Origin: the human T2T-CHM13v2.0 reference genome, Homo sapiens
Assembly (NCBI RefSeq): GCF_009914755.1
Contig: NC_060937.1
Strand: one strand, 5' to 3'
Length of the DNA stretch: 64,000 bases
The position numbers and the translations under genes were made by a program. The notes below the pieces were generated by a model. It did not search any database and was not told where the DNA came from. It worked only from the letters and a program-made list of their open reading frames with translations. Of this stretch, positions 31,850-44,700 are shown piece by piece (position 1 is the stretch's first letter; the number at the start of each line of letters is the position of its first letter).

Positions 31850-32031
31850 CCTTGTGGTCCATGAACTATGCCAAATCCAGTCTGTGGCTTGTTTTTATAC
31901 AACCTGGGAGCTAAAAATGGTTTTTGCATTTTTAAATAGCTGTAAGAAAAAAGCAAAGAGGAATATGCAGAGCCTAAAATATTTGCTGTCTGGCCTTTTA
32001 CATAACAAGTTAACAAGTTTGCCAACCCCTG
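31850..32031. mobile_element. MER58A-like hAT MITE
   Basis: gagctaaaaatggtttttgcatttttaaat..gcctaaaatatttgctgtctggcctttta..gtttgccaacccctg. Confidence 0.85.
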
Positions 32032-33124
32032 GTCTAGAAGATGACATACAAAATCCATAGCATGACATTGAAGGGCTTTCACACTCTGAAGACAAATTGA
32101 TGGACAAACTACACTTCAAATGTTCCCTGTCCTGGCATGTCCTTATTTTCCTGTGTGGTCATCTAAATTCAGCTGTCTATCAAGGAACAGCTCAAGCTCG
32201 TCATCTCTATGAAGCTTTATCTGGCTATTCAGTTCCATTGTAATCTGTTTTGGAATTCCAATAGGCATGAATATTTGCTTCACTCACCAATGATCTTGTT
32301 TCTTTTTATGTACACATTTTTATCTAACCTTGTCTTCCCAAGAAGAGTGTAACATCCTTACATGGTTTCTTTTGGACAGTGTCATGCATATATTTAGTGT
32401 CAGTTTTGCAACTTTTAAGGACTTTCTGGGTCCTGCAAGTCTAATTTCTTATTAAGCAGTAATTGATCAACATAATTCATGAGGAATCACTATTGTCAAA
32501 CATTGATAAGCCTACAAATACATTTTGTTCTCCATTTAATCCTCAAAAAATTTTAGGTGATGAGTATAATTAACTTGTTTTCACTCATAAGATTGATGGT
32601 TTTAGTCCCTTCACAGGTTAAGATTTAGATGAGTTAAGCATCTTATCCATTTTATACCTTTATTAATTCAACAGATATTTATTAAGCTCTTAATTTGTGC
32701 CAGGCAGTGAAAAAGACAGACATAGTCCCTGTCCTAACATAGTGACAAATTTTGGATTCAAACTCGACTGAGTTATTAACATCTACACCATACTATCAGG
32801 TGCATTTTTCTGGCATAAAGAGACAACACTTTAATCAAAATAGCTGCACTAGTTTTATAAGATTAAATGAAAATAAAGAGTATGCACTGTGTGAAAGAAC
32901 ACAATAGCTAGAGCAGAGAGTGAAAGATCATTTGAGAAAGAGAAAAAAAAGAACTCCCCCAGTTTTTACAATAAAAAAAAATGTGCATAGAGATTATGGA
33001 ATTGTAGTAGGGAAACTATGAAGATTTGATTGCTGGTTAATTTTGAAATCATTCAGTCACTCAACAAGACAGTATTTTATGAGTTCTAGATTCTGTAAGA
33101 AAGATAAATTTAATAGACGTCCTT

Positions 33125-34465
33125 TAAGACACTGGATTTGGCAATGGTTTCTTGAATCTGACAGCAAAATCACAGACAACAAATTAGAACTTGATAAATT
33201 AGACTTCTAGTTTAAAACTTCTGGGCATCAAAGGAAACAATCAACAGAGCAAGAAGGCAACCTGTGGAATGGGGGAAAATATTTGCAAATCATACATCTG
33301 AAATGGAGTCAATATCTACAACATATAAAGAACTCCTGCAACTCAACAACAACAAAAAACAGATGACACAATTTAAAAAATGGGCAAGAGACTTGAACAG
33401 ACATTTCTTCAAAGAAGATCTATGAATGACCAACAAACACATGTAAATAAGCTCAGCATCACTAATCATTAGTGAAATGCAAAACAAAACCACAATGAGT
33501 AAGGAGATACCATCTCACATTCATTAGGGTGGCTACTACAATAAATGATAATAACCATTGTCGACAAAGATATGGAGAAACTGAAACCCGTAAGCATTGT
33601 TGGTAGGGATGTAAGATGGTGCAGCTGCTATGGAAAACAGTGTGACATTTCTTCAAAAATGTAAAAGTAGAATTATCATACATCCCAACAATACCACTCC
33701 TGGCTATTTATCTAAAAGAATTGAAAGCAGGATTTCAAAGAGATATTTTGCACAGCCACGTTCATGAAAGCATTACTGACAATAGCCAAAATGTGGAAGC
33801 AGCGCAAGTGCCCAGTAACAGTTGAATGAACAAACAAAATGTGTTATATGTTATTCATCCTTAAAAAGGAAAAACATTCTGACACATGCGACAACATGGA
33901 TGAATCCTGAGGACATTATGGTAAGTGTAATGAGCCAATCACAGAAAGAAAGACAAGTACTGTGTGATCAAACTTAAATTAAGTACCTAGAGTAGTTAAA
34001 TTCATAGAAACAGAAAGTATAATATGATTACCTGTAGGGGCTAGTGCAAGAGCAAAGCCACTAACAAAGAGCTAAGAAAGAGTGGAGAGTTGTTTAATGG
34101 GTACAGAGTTTAATGGGTACTTTCACAAGATGAAGAGCTCTAGATATTGGTTGCACAACAACGTGAATGTACTTTGCACTACTGAGCTGCCGACTTAGAA
34201 ATTATCAAGATGGTATTACAAAAGAGTATAATTGCAACATTTGTAACACATAGAAATGATAAATGTTTGAGGTGATGATAGATAACCCATTTACCCTGAT
34301 GTGATTATTACACAGTGTATGCCTGTATCAAAATATTACAGACCCCAGAAATACATACACCTATTCTGTACCCATAGAAATTAAACATTGTAAAAATAAA
34401 AACATAAGATGGTAAATGTTATGTACATTTTGTCACAATTTAAAATTTTTGAATTAAATAAATAA
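33125..34465 (+). mobile_element. L1MB-like 3' portion
   Basis: Degenerate ORF2 end and 3'UTR 'gagttgtttaatgggtacagagtt..aacgtgaatgtactt'. Confidence 0.88.
34216..34405 (+). mobile_element. Short L1MA 3' end nested in L1MB
   Basis: tgtaacac..gataaatgtttgaggtgatg..taccctgatgtgattattacac. TSD aagatggta at 34207-34215 and 34406-34414. Confidence 0.88.
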
Positions 34466-35310
34466 ACTTAATAGAGGTCCTCTATTCCTGCCCTTAAAGA
34501 ATTTTCACCAAATTAACAATATTTAAGGTGATTTATGAGACTACAATATCACGATTTCTACCTAAACTCAAGATTTCTAAAATAGAGCAAAGACCCAAGC
34601 ACTTGAAAGATGTTAGAAAATGTTGAAAGATTAATTAACTTATTAATTAATTAAATTATTAAGATAATTTGCATTATCTAATGTAAAACAATTTGCAAAT
34701 TTACAAAATGTCTTTTTTATACCTTTTTCTGGCAAACAGTGACTTTACACTTGCACTAATATATAAACACCAAACATCTCAGGATTTATTAGCTCACCTC
34801 AACTTTCTATCTCTTGCTTTTTCCAATACAGAAACTAGGTAGAAACCCAAATTGTGTTGTTGTTTAAGAGATTAACTTGGTGCACGGGTGGAAACTGAAG
34901 AGTGGATGATGTTTGTCATTATACTCTCGTGTGACTTGAGCTGCTGCTGAGCTTCATAAGGTGTTTTAAATAATTTCACATCATACATTAATCCAAATTC
35001 ATGCCCCAACATAATCAAATTATCAAATAGTTGAATGTCTGTAGGAAACAGGCTTATTAAGGGCTTATTAAGATTGAGTAAGGACTTGTTTTCTATTTCA
35101 AAGAAGCTTTTAGAAAAGTTGAAGAAATCATTATTTACGTGAAAAGTTAAATATCAACAAAGAATTAAACTATGAAGAAAATTATGAAAAAGAGGATTTA
35201 AGGAAGTAAATATAGTTAATTGCAGATAAGAGATAACCAGTAAAGGCTATGGTTTTCAAGGAAGCCTCTGAAATATATTTTTTTGATATGTAGGGAAAGA
35301 TACACCAGAG

Positions 35311-35509
35311 CAGGGATTCTCAACTGAGGGCAATTTTGCGCTCCTCGGGATGCTTAGCAAGACCTGGAAATATTTTTGGTTGTCACAACTGGTATCTAGT
35401 GGGTGGAGTCCAGGGATGTGGCTGAACATCCTACAAGCACAGGACAGCTCCCTACAGAAAGGAATTATCTGTCCCACTATGTCAATCATGCTGAGATTGG
35501 GAAACACAG
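35311..35509. mobile_element. MER20 hAT fossil
   Basis: cagggattctcaactgagggcaattttg..tttttggttgtcacaactg..cacaggacagc..tgctgagattgggaaac. Confidence 0.9.
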
Positions 35510-38500
35510 GGATGAAGCTAAGCTGCTTGATGAAAAGGATTTTACTAAAGTGCTGGAGAATGAAGGAGATAAGACATGACAGAGAGAGGCAGGGAATAGT
35601 AGATACAAAAGCACCAAGGAGAGCTAACTGGATCAATCCAACATGAGTTAAAGACTTTACACAGGTGTGGGCCTGTCTTTAAAAACAGACTGGAAAGAGC
35701 GTGAGCTTAGGAGCTTTGCTATGTTTGTGATATGTCTGTGATATTGTTTCTAATATTCAGTGGGGGAGAGGATAACATTAATCCCAATATCACAGAAGGT
35801 GTACAGACCCCTCTGATATAGTTCCTAATCTACAGGAAAAAGAGAATAATATTACACCCAATATCGCAGGGGGTGTAAACCCCCCTTATATATTGTTCCT
35901 AATATGCAGCATGGTAGAGGCTTATATTACTCCCAGTATCGCAGAAGGTGCACACACACCTGTGATATAGTTTCTAATATCCAGCGGGAAAGAGGCTGTT
36001 ATTACTTTCAATGTCGCAGTGGGTTACACCCCCCCACCCCCCCGTGGTATTGCTCCTAATATCCAGGGGAGAAGAGGATGATATTTCTGACAATATCACA
36101 GGGGGTGTACACCTCTTCTGTGATATGGTTCCTGAAATCCAGGGTGTGAGCGGATGATATTACTCCCAATAACTTAGGAAATGTACACTCACCCTGTGAT
36201 TTTGTCCCTAATAACCACATGGGGAGGGGTGATATTACTCCCAATATTGCAAGGGGTGTACATACCACCTGTAACATTGTTTCTTGTATCCGGGAAGGGA
36301 AAAGATAGTATTACCACCAACATTGAAAGGATGTACACCCCCCATGTGATATTGTTCTTAATATCCAGGTTGAAAGAAGATAACATTACTCAAAATATAA
36401 CAAGGGGGGTACACCCCCCTGTGATATGATTCATAGAATCTAGAAGAAGAGAGAATGATATTACTTCCAATAATACACGGGGTGTACAACCCCCTTTGAT
36501 ATTGTTCCTAACATCTAAAAGAAGAGATGATGACATTACTCCCAATACCGCCAAGGTATACACCCTCCTGTGATATTGTTCCTAATAAGTGGTGGGGGAG
36601 GGCATAATATTACTTCAAATATCGCAGTGGCTTTACACCCCTTCTGTGATATGGCTCCTAATTTTCAGGGGGTAGAGTACAAAGATACTCCCAATATAGT
36701 AGTGGGTGTACACCCACGCTGTGACATTTCTACAAATATTCAGGGAAACACAGCATGATATAACTCCAAATCTCGCAAAAAGTGTACACCATCTTGGGAT
36801 ATTGTTCCTAATATCCGGAGGTGGAGAGGATGATATTAGTTTCAATACTGCAGGCTGTGTACACACACCCTGTGAAATTGTATCTAATATCTAAGAGGGG
36901 AGAGAATGGTAGTAATCCCCATATAGCAAGAGGGTGAGGCACTCCCCGCCAAATGGGGAGTAATAGCACCCCACTCTCCCCGCCAGCCATTACGATCCAC
37001 ATGTCAAAGTGGTGAGGCACCCCCCTCCATATGGGGAGTAATAGCCACCCTCCCCCATCCCGAGCTATTACGATTCACGGTGGACTCACAGCCTGTTTAC
37101 CATGTTGTGAGTAGTATCATCTCCCCTTCTGGAAATTACGAACTATTTCACACGCGGGTGTACACCCTCTCTAGTATTAGGAGTAATATTATCTTCTTTA
37201 CCTCTGAATGTTAAAAACAATATCGCAAGAGAGTTTGTACTTTTTGAGATATTGGGTGTCATATCATTCTCTTCCATGTTGAAATTAGAAACAATATGCC
37301 TGGACGCGTGTACACCTTCTGTGATATTTAAAGTAATATCATCCTCTTCTCTTTTGGATCTTGGGAACAATATCACTGCGGGGTATACACTTTCTGCGAT
37401 ATTGGTAGTAATATCATCATCCCCTCTGCCTTTGAATATTAAGGACAATCTCACGGGGGGTGCACGACCCCTGCGATTTTGGCAATATTATTATCCTCTC
37501 CCCTCTGCACATTAGGAAAAATATCACTGTGAGTGGACACCTCCTGCTATATGGGGATTAATATCCTCTTCTCCTGTTCTGGATATTAGGAACAATATCA
37601 CACGAGGTTTTTACACTTTCTTGGATATCTGGAGTAATGTCATCCTCTCCTTTTTTGAATGGTAAGAACAATGTCACAGGGGGTTGTGCACCCCCACTGC
37701 GATATTGGAGTAATATTATGCTTCCCCCGCCCTTGATATTAGGAACAGAATCCCAGCATGGGTGTACACCTCCTACTATATGGAAAGTAATATCATCCTC
37801 TCCCTTCCTGGATTTTAGGAACAATATCACAGGTGGGTATACACCCCCTGCAGTATAAAGAACAATATTATCTTCTCTTTCTTTAGCTATTAAGAACAAT
37901 ATCACATGGCAGGTGTACACCCCCTGCTCTATTGGGAGTAATATCATTCTCTCTTATTCTGGATAGTAGGAATAACATCACAGGCGGGGTGTGCAACCCC
38001 TGTGATATTGACAGTAATATCATCCTCTCCCAACGTGGATATTAGGAACAATATCACAAGGTGCGTGTACATTTCTTCGATCTTGGTAATAATATCATCC
38101 TCTCCCCGTTGGATATAAGAAACAATATGACAGGCAGGGTGGACACCCCCCGCGATATGGGGAGTAATATTTCTCTCTGGATATTACGATCCACAGTGGA
38201 CATACAGCGTGTTTATGATATTGTGAGTAATATCATCTCCCCCTCTAGAAATTACGAACAATATCTCAAAGACGGGTGTACACCCTCTGCAATATAGGGA
38301 GGAGCATCATCCTCTCCCACCCTGGATATTAGGAACAATGTCAAAGAGGTGTTTATAACCCCTGCGATACTGGGAGTAATATCATCCTCTCCCACGTTGA
38401 AATTAGGAACAATATCCCTGGAGGGTGTACACCCCGTGTGATATTGAAAGTAATATCATCCTCTTCCATCCTGGATCATGGGAACAATATCACTGAGGGG

Positions 38501-39080
38501 TGTACACTCTCTGTGATATTGGGAGTAATATCATCCTCTCCGCCTTGGAATATTAAGGACAATGTCACGGGGGGTTGGGGGATGTACACCTTCTGCGATA
38601 TTGGGAATAACCTCTCCTCCCGCCCTGCATATGAAGAAAGATATCACAGAATGGGTGTACACCTCCTGCGATATGAGGAGTAATATCATCTCCCCTTCTG
38701 GATATCAAGAACAATATCACACGGGGGTGTACACTTTCTGCAATATTGGGAGTAATATCAACCTCTCGGCCTTTGAATATTATGAATAATATCACAGGGT
38801 GGATGTAGACCTTCTGCGATATTGGGAGTAATATCAGCCTCTGCCCTCCATGGCTATCAGGAACAATATCCCAGGGTGGGTGTACACCTCCTGCCATATG
38901 GGAAGTAATGTCACCCTCTCCCTGCCAGGATGTTAATAACAATATCACAGAGTGAGTGAATCCAGCCTGCAATACTGGAATTATTATCATCCTCTCCCCC
39001 TCCAGATACTAGGAACAATAACGGATGTTAGGAACAATATCACAGGTAGGTGTACACCCCCTGCGGTATTAGGAGTAATA

Positions 39081-39428
39081 ATGTTAATTATTAATCATTA
39101 ATTATTAATATTAATAATAAGTATCAATGTTAATAATTACTAGTATAATATTCTTAATAATAATTAATTATTTTAATTACATGATTCTGTATGGTTATAA
39201 TTATTGATATTAATGTTATTTTTCCATATTATTTATCTTAATGTTAATTATCATTTTATTATGAACATTATTATTGATTTAATTAAGTCACATTCATTAC
39301 TGATATTATTTTATTATTAATGCTATTACTATCAATTACTAATAGTAATCATTATGATCCATATTAATAATTTTATCGTTATTATTAATGTCAATGATTT
39401 CTATTAATCATTATTATATTTATTAATA
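39081..39428. repeat. AT-rich low-complexity spacer at the axis of the inverted satellite arrays
   Basis: Almost entirely att/taa triplets. Confidence 0.95.
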
Positions 39429-42400
39429 TTATTTTTCCTGATATCCGGGGGGAGAGAATGATATGACTCCCAGTATCACAGAAGGTGTACACCGCCCTAT
39501 GATGTTATTCCTAATAGCCAGGGGGTAGAAGACGACATTGCTCAAAATATTGCAGTGGGTGTACATCCCTTCTTTGATCTTGCTCCTAATATCCTGGGTG
39601 GGAGAGAATGATATTACTCGCAATACCGCAGGGGGCGTAGACCTCCCCTGTGATATTGTGCCTCATATTCAAAGGTGGAGAGGATGATATTTCTTCCAAT
39701 TTCGCCGGGGGTGTACACCACCCCTGTGATATCGTTTCTAATATCCAGGGGGCGAGAGGATGATATTAGTCTCAATATCGCAGGAGGTGTACACTCCCTA
39801 CTGATATTGTTCCTAATATCCAGGGATGGAGAGGATATCACTCCCAGTATAGCAGGGGGTGTACACCTTTTGTGTGACATTGTTCTTAATAGCCAGTGGG
39901 GGAGAGGAAGATATTACTCCCAATATCGCAGGAGGTATACACCCCCTTGTTATATTATTCCTATATCCCGGGGGGGAGACGATGATACTAGTGGCAATAT
40001 CGCAGGGGCTGTATACACCTCCTGTGACATTGTTCCTAATACCCCGAAGGGGAGAGCATAGTATTACTCTCAATATCACAGGGGGTGTACACCTCCTTTG
40101 TAATATCGTTCTTAATATCCATGATGGGAGAGGATGATATTACTCCCAATATTGCAAGAATTGTACAGACCCCTGTGGTATAGTTCCTAATATCTAGGTG
40201 GGGAGAGGATGACATTATTCCCAATTTCTCACGCGTTGTAAAACCTCTTCGATATTTCGCCTACAATCCCGGGGAGAGAGGATGGTATTACTCCCAATAT
40301 CGAAGAAGGTGTACATCCCCCCTGTGACATTATTCCCAATATCCATGTTGGGGGACGATGCTATTACGCCCAATATCAAAGGGGATGTACACCCACCCTG
40401 GGATATTGTTCCTTATATCGAGAGGGAGATAGGATGATATTACTCCCGATATCGCAGGGGCTGTACACCCCTCCTGTGACATTGTTCCTAGTATCCTAGG
40501 GAAGAAAGGATGATATTACACCCAATATCGCAGGGGCTGTACACCCACCTTGTGATATTGTTCTTAATGTCCAGGAAAGGAAAGGATGTTATTACTCCCG
40601 ATATGGAAGAGGTTGTACTTTCCCCCCATCCCCCCCGGGATATTGCTCCTAATATCCAGGGGAAGAGAGGATAACATTACACCTAATATCGCAGGGGTTG
40701 TACACCACACCCCCCCCAGTGATATTGTTCCTAATATCCAAATGTAGAGACAATGAAATTACTCCCAATATCGCAGGGGGTGTACACCCCTCTTGTGATA
40801 CTGTTCTAAATATTTAGTGGGGGAGACAACGATATTACTGTCCATATAGCAGGGGTGGACAACATCCCTGTGATACTGTTTTTAATATTCAGTGGGGGAG
40901 AGGATGATATTAATTCCAATATCACAGGGGACATACCTCCTGTGATATTGTTTCTAATATTCAGGGGAAGAGAAATGATGTGACTCACATTATGGCAAGG
41001 GGTGTACAGCCCCTCCATCATATTGTCCCTAATATCCAGGGGAGATTAGAATGATATTACTCCCCATATCACAGGGGGTGTACACGACCCCTTTCATATT
41101 GTTCCTTGTATCCAGGGAGGGAGAGGATACTATTACCCCCAATATCATAGGGGTGTACACACCCCCTGTGATAGTGTTCCTAATATTTAGGTGGGGAGAG
41201 ATATTTCTCTCAATATCTCAGAGGATGTACACCCTTCCTGGGATATTGTTTCTAATGTCAAGTGGGGGAGAGAATTATATTACTCCCAATATCGCACGGG
41301 GTGTAAACCCCCCCCCATTATTTTGTTCCTAATATCTAGGTTGGGAGAGGATGATATTACTGCCAATATCGCAGAACTTGTACACCCCGCCTCTGGTATT
41401 ATTCCTAATATCCAGGGTAAGAGAGAATGATATTATTTTCAATAGTGCAGGAGGTGTACACACCCCTGTGATATTGTTGCTAATATCCAGTGGGGCAGAC
41501 GATGATATTACTGGCCATATCGCGGGGGGTGTGCACCCCCTCTGTGATAGTGTTTTTAATATCCGGGGGTAGAGGATGATATTACTCTCAATATCGCCGT
41601 GGGTGTACACCAACTCTGTGGTATTGTTCTCAATATCCAGGGAGGGAGAGGATGATATTACCGTCATTAGGGCAAGGGGTGGACACCCCTTCTTTGATGT
41701 TGTTCCTAATATCCGGGTGTGAGGGGAGAGTGTTGTATTAACCCCAATATCGCTGGGGGTATGCACCCCTTTTTGATATTGTTCCTAATATCCCGGGGGA
41801 GAGTCCGTGATATGATGTTACCGGCCATATCACAGGGTGTGTACATCACCACTGTTATATTGTTTCTTCCAGCAATGAAGAAATTGATATTACTCCCAAA
41901 ATGGAATGGGCTGTACACCCCCCATGAGATATTGTTCCTAATATCCAGGGGGGAAAGGATGATATTGCTCCCAATGTTGCAGTGGGTGCATAATCCGCCT
42001 GTGATATTGTTCTTATTATCTAGGGGCAGGGGGTGAGGTTGATATTACAATATCGCAGAGAGTGTACACCGCCCCTGTGATATTGTTCTCAATATCCCTG
42101 GGGTAGAACATTATATTACTCCCAGTATTGCAGGTGGTGTACACCACCCCCGTGATATTTTTTCTGATACCCAAGTGAGGGGAGGATGATATTACTCCCA
42201 ATATGGCAAGTGGTGTACACGCCTTCTTTGGTATTTTTCCTACTATTTATGGGTGGAGAGGATGATATTACTCCCAGTATCGAAGGAAGTGCACACGCCC
42301 CGTGATACTGTTCCTAATATCCAGGTTAACAGAGAACGATATTACATTCCGCCTGTAATATTATTCCTAATATCCAGGGGAAGAGAGAATAATATTTCTC

Positions 42401-43759
42401 CCAATAGTGCAGGGGGTGTACACACCTTGTGATATTGTCCTAATATCCAGGGAAGGAGACGATGATATTATGGCCATATCGCAGGGAGTGTGCACCCTTC
42501 TGTGATATTGTTTCTAATATTCAGTGGGCGAGAGGATAACATTAATCCCAATATCGCAGAAGGTGTACAGACCCCTGTGATATAGTTCCTAATGTACAGG
42601 GAAAACAGCATAATATTACGCCCAATGTCGCAGGAAGTCTAAACTCTCTCTGTATATTGTTCCTAATATGCAGCGTGGTAGAGGCTTATATTACTCCCAG
42701 TATCTCAGAAGGTGCACACGCACACCTGTGATATAGTTTCTAATATCCAGCGGGAAAGAGGCTGCTATGACTTTCAATATCCCAGTGGGTGTACCCGCCG
42801 CCCGTGGTATTGCTCCTAATATCCAGTGGGGAAGAGGATGATATTACTGACAATATCGCAGGGGGTGTACACCTCTTCTGTGATATGGTTTCTGGTATCC
42901 AGGGGGTGAGTGGATGATATTACTCCCAATAACGTAAGAAGTGTACACCCACCCTGTGATTTTGTCCCTAATAACCACAAGAGGAGAGGTGATATTACTC
43001 CCAATATTGCAAGGGGTGTACCCCCGCCTGTGATATTGTTTCTTATATCCAAGAAGGGAAAAGATGGTACTACCACCAATATTGAAAGGATGTACACCCC
43101 CCATGTGATATTGTTCTTAATATCCAGGTTGAAAGAAGATAACATTACTCAAAATATAACAAGGGGGGTACACCCGCCTGTGAAATGATTCATAGAATCT
43201 AGAAGAAGAGAGAATGATATTACTTCCAATAATACATGGGTGTACAACCCCTTTTGATATTGTTCCTAATATCTAAAGGAAGAGATGATGACATTACTCC
43301 CAATACCGCCAAGGTATACACCCTCCTGTGATATTGTTCCTAACATCTAAAAGAAGAGATGATGACATTACTCCCAATACCGCCAAGGTATACACCCTCC
43401 GGTGATACTGTTCCTAATAAGTGGCGGGGGAGGGCATGATATGACTTCAAATATCGCCAGTGGCTTTACACCCCTTCTGTGATATGGCTCCTAATTTTCA
43501 GGGGGTAGAGTACGAAGATACTCCCAATATAATAGTGGGTATACACCCACGCTGTGAGATTTCTATGAATGTTCAGGGAAACACAGCGTGATATAACTCC
43601 AAATCTCGCAAGCAGCCATTTTGGGATATTGTTCCTAATATCCGGAGGTGGAGAGGATGATATTAGTTTCAATATCGCAGGCTGTGTACACACACCCTAT
43701 GAAATTGTTTCTAATATCCAAGAGGGGAGAGAATACAATTATTCCCCATATAGCAAGAT

Positions 43760-44700
43760 GTTGAGGGACCACCCCCTGCGATATGGGGAGTATTAGCACC
43801 CCGCCTCCCTTCCTGGCTATTACGGTCCACAGGCAGGGGGGTGAGGCACCCCCGCCATATGGGGAGTAAGAGCACCCCCCTCTCCTCCCCTAGCTATTAC
43901 GATCCACATGGCAGCGGGGTGAGGCACCTCCTGTCATATGGGGAGTAATAGCAGCCCCCTGTCCCCGCCTGGCTATTATGATCTACATGGCAGGGGGTGA
44001 GGTACCCCCCACCATATGAGGAGTAATAGCAGCCCCCTCTCCCTCCCGGCTACTACGATACACATGGCGGGGTTGGGGGGTCAGGCACCTCTTGCCTTAT
44101 GGGAAGTAATTGCCGCCCCCCTCCCCCGCTGGCTATTACGATCCACATGGCAGGGGGGTGCGGCCAGACACCCCCTGCCCTATAGGGAGAAATAGGCCCC
44201 CCCTTTCCCCTTGGCTACTACGATTCACATGGGGGGGATTCCGGCATCCCCCGCTACATGGGGATGAATAGCTACCCCCTCTCCCCCCCCACTATTAGGA
44301 TCCACATTTCGGGGGGGCCAGGCACCCCCCGCCATATGGGTAGAATAGCGCCCCCCCTCCCCCCCTGGCTATTACGATCCACATGGCCGGGGGGGGATCA
44401 GGCTTCTCCTGCCATATGGGGAGTAATGGCCCCACGCCCCCGCTATAATGATCCACATGTCAGGGGTTCAGGCACCCTCCGCCATATGGAGAGGAATAGC
44501 CCCCTTCTCTTTCCCCCTGGCTATTACGATTCACATGGTGGGGGGGGATCAGGCACCCCCCCCCCCCCCGCCATATGGGGAGTAATAGAACCCCCCTCTC
44601 CCTACCCCCGGCCATTACGATCCACATGGCAGGGGTGTCAGCACCCCCACCCCAACCATATGGGGAATAATAGCACCCCGTCTCCTCCCATGGCCGTTAT
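43760..44700 (-). repeat. GC-rich variant monomer array (~12 units of ~75-82 bp)
   Basis: ggctattacgatccacatggcaggggggtgaggcacccccgccatatggggagtaatagcacccccc repeated. Confidence 0.93.

Larger units (their letters stand above)
35727..44700. repeat. SATR1/SATR2-type dispersed satellite block (~73-bp monomer) with mixed orientations
   Basis: Monomer approximately gtgatattgttcctaatatccaggggggagaggatgatattactcccaatatcgcagggggtgtacacccccct. Forward at 35727-36930 and 39429-43757, reverse at 36930-39080 and 43760-44700. Confidence 0.95.

Noticed and set aside
35735-43757. 1.2 kb direct repeats as retroviral LTRs
   Set aside because: No TG..CA boundaries, PBS, PPT, TSD or coding interior. The repeats are made of satellite monomers.
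35727-44700. CRISPR-like look (palindromic ~36-bp periodicity)
   Set aside because: The 'spacers' are themselves repeated, there are no cas genes, and the context is primate DNA.
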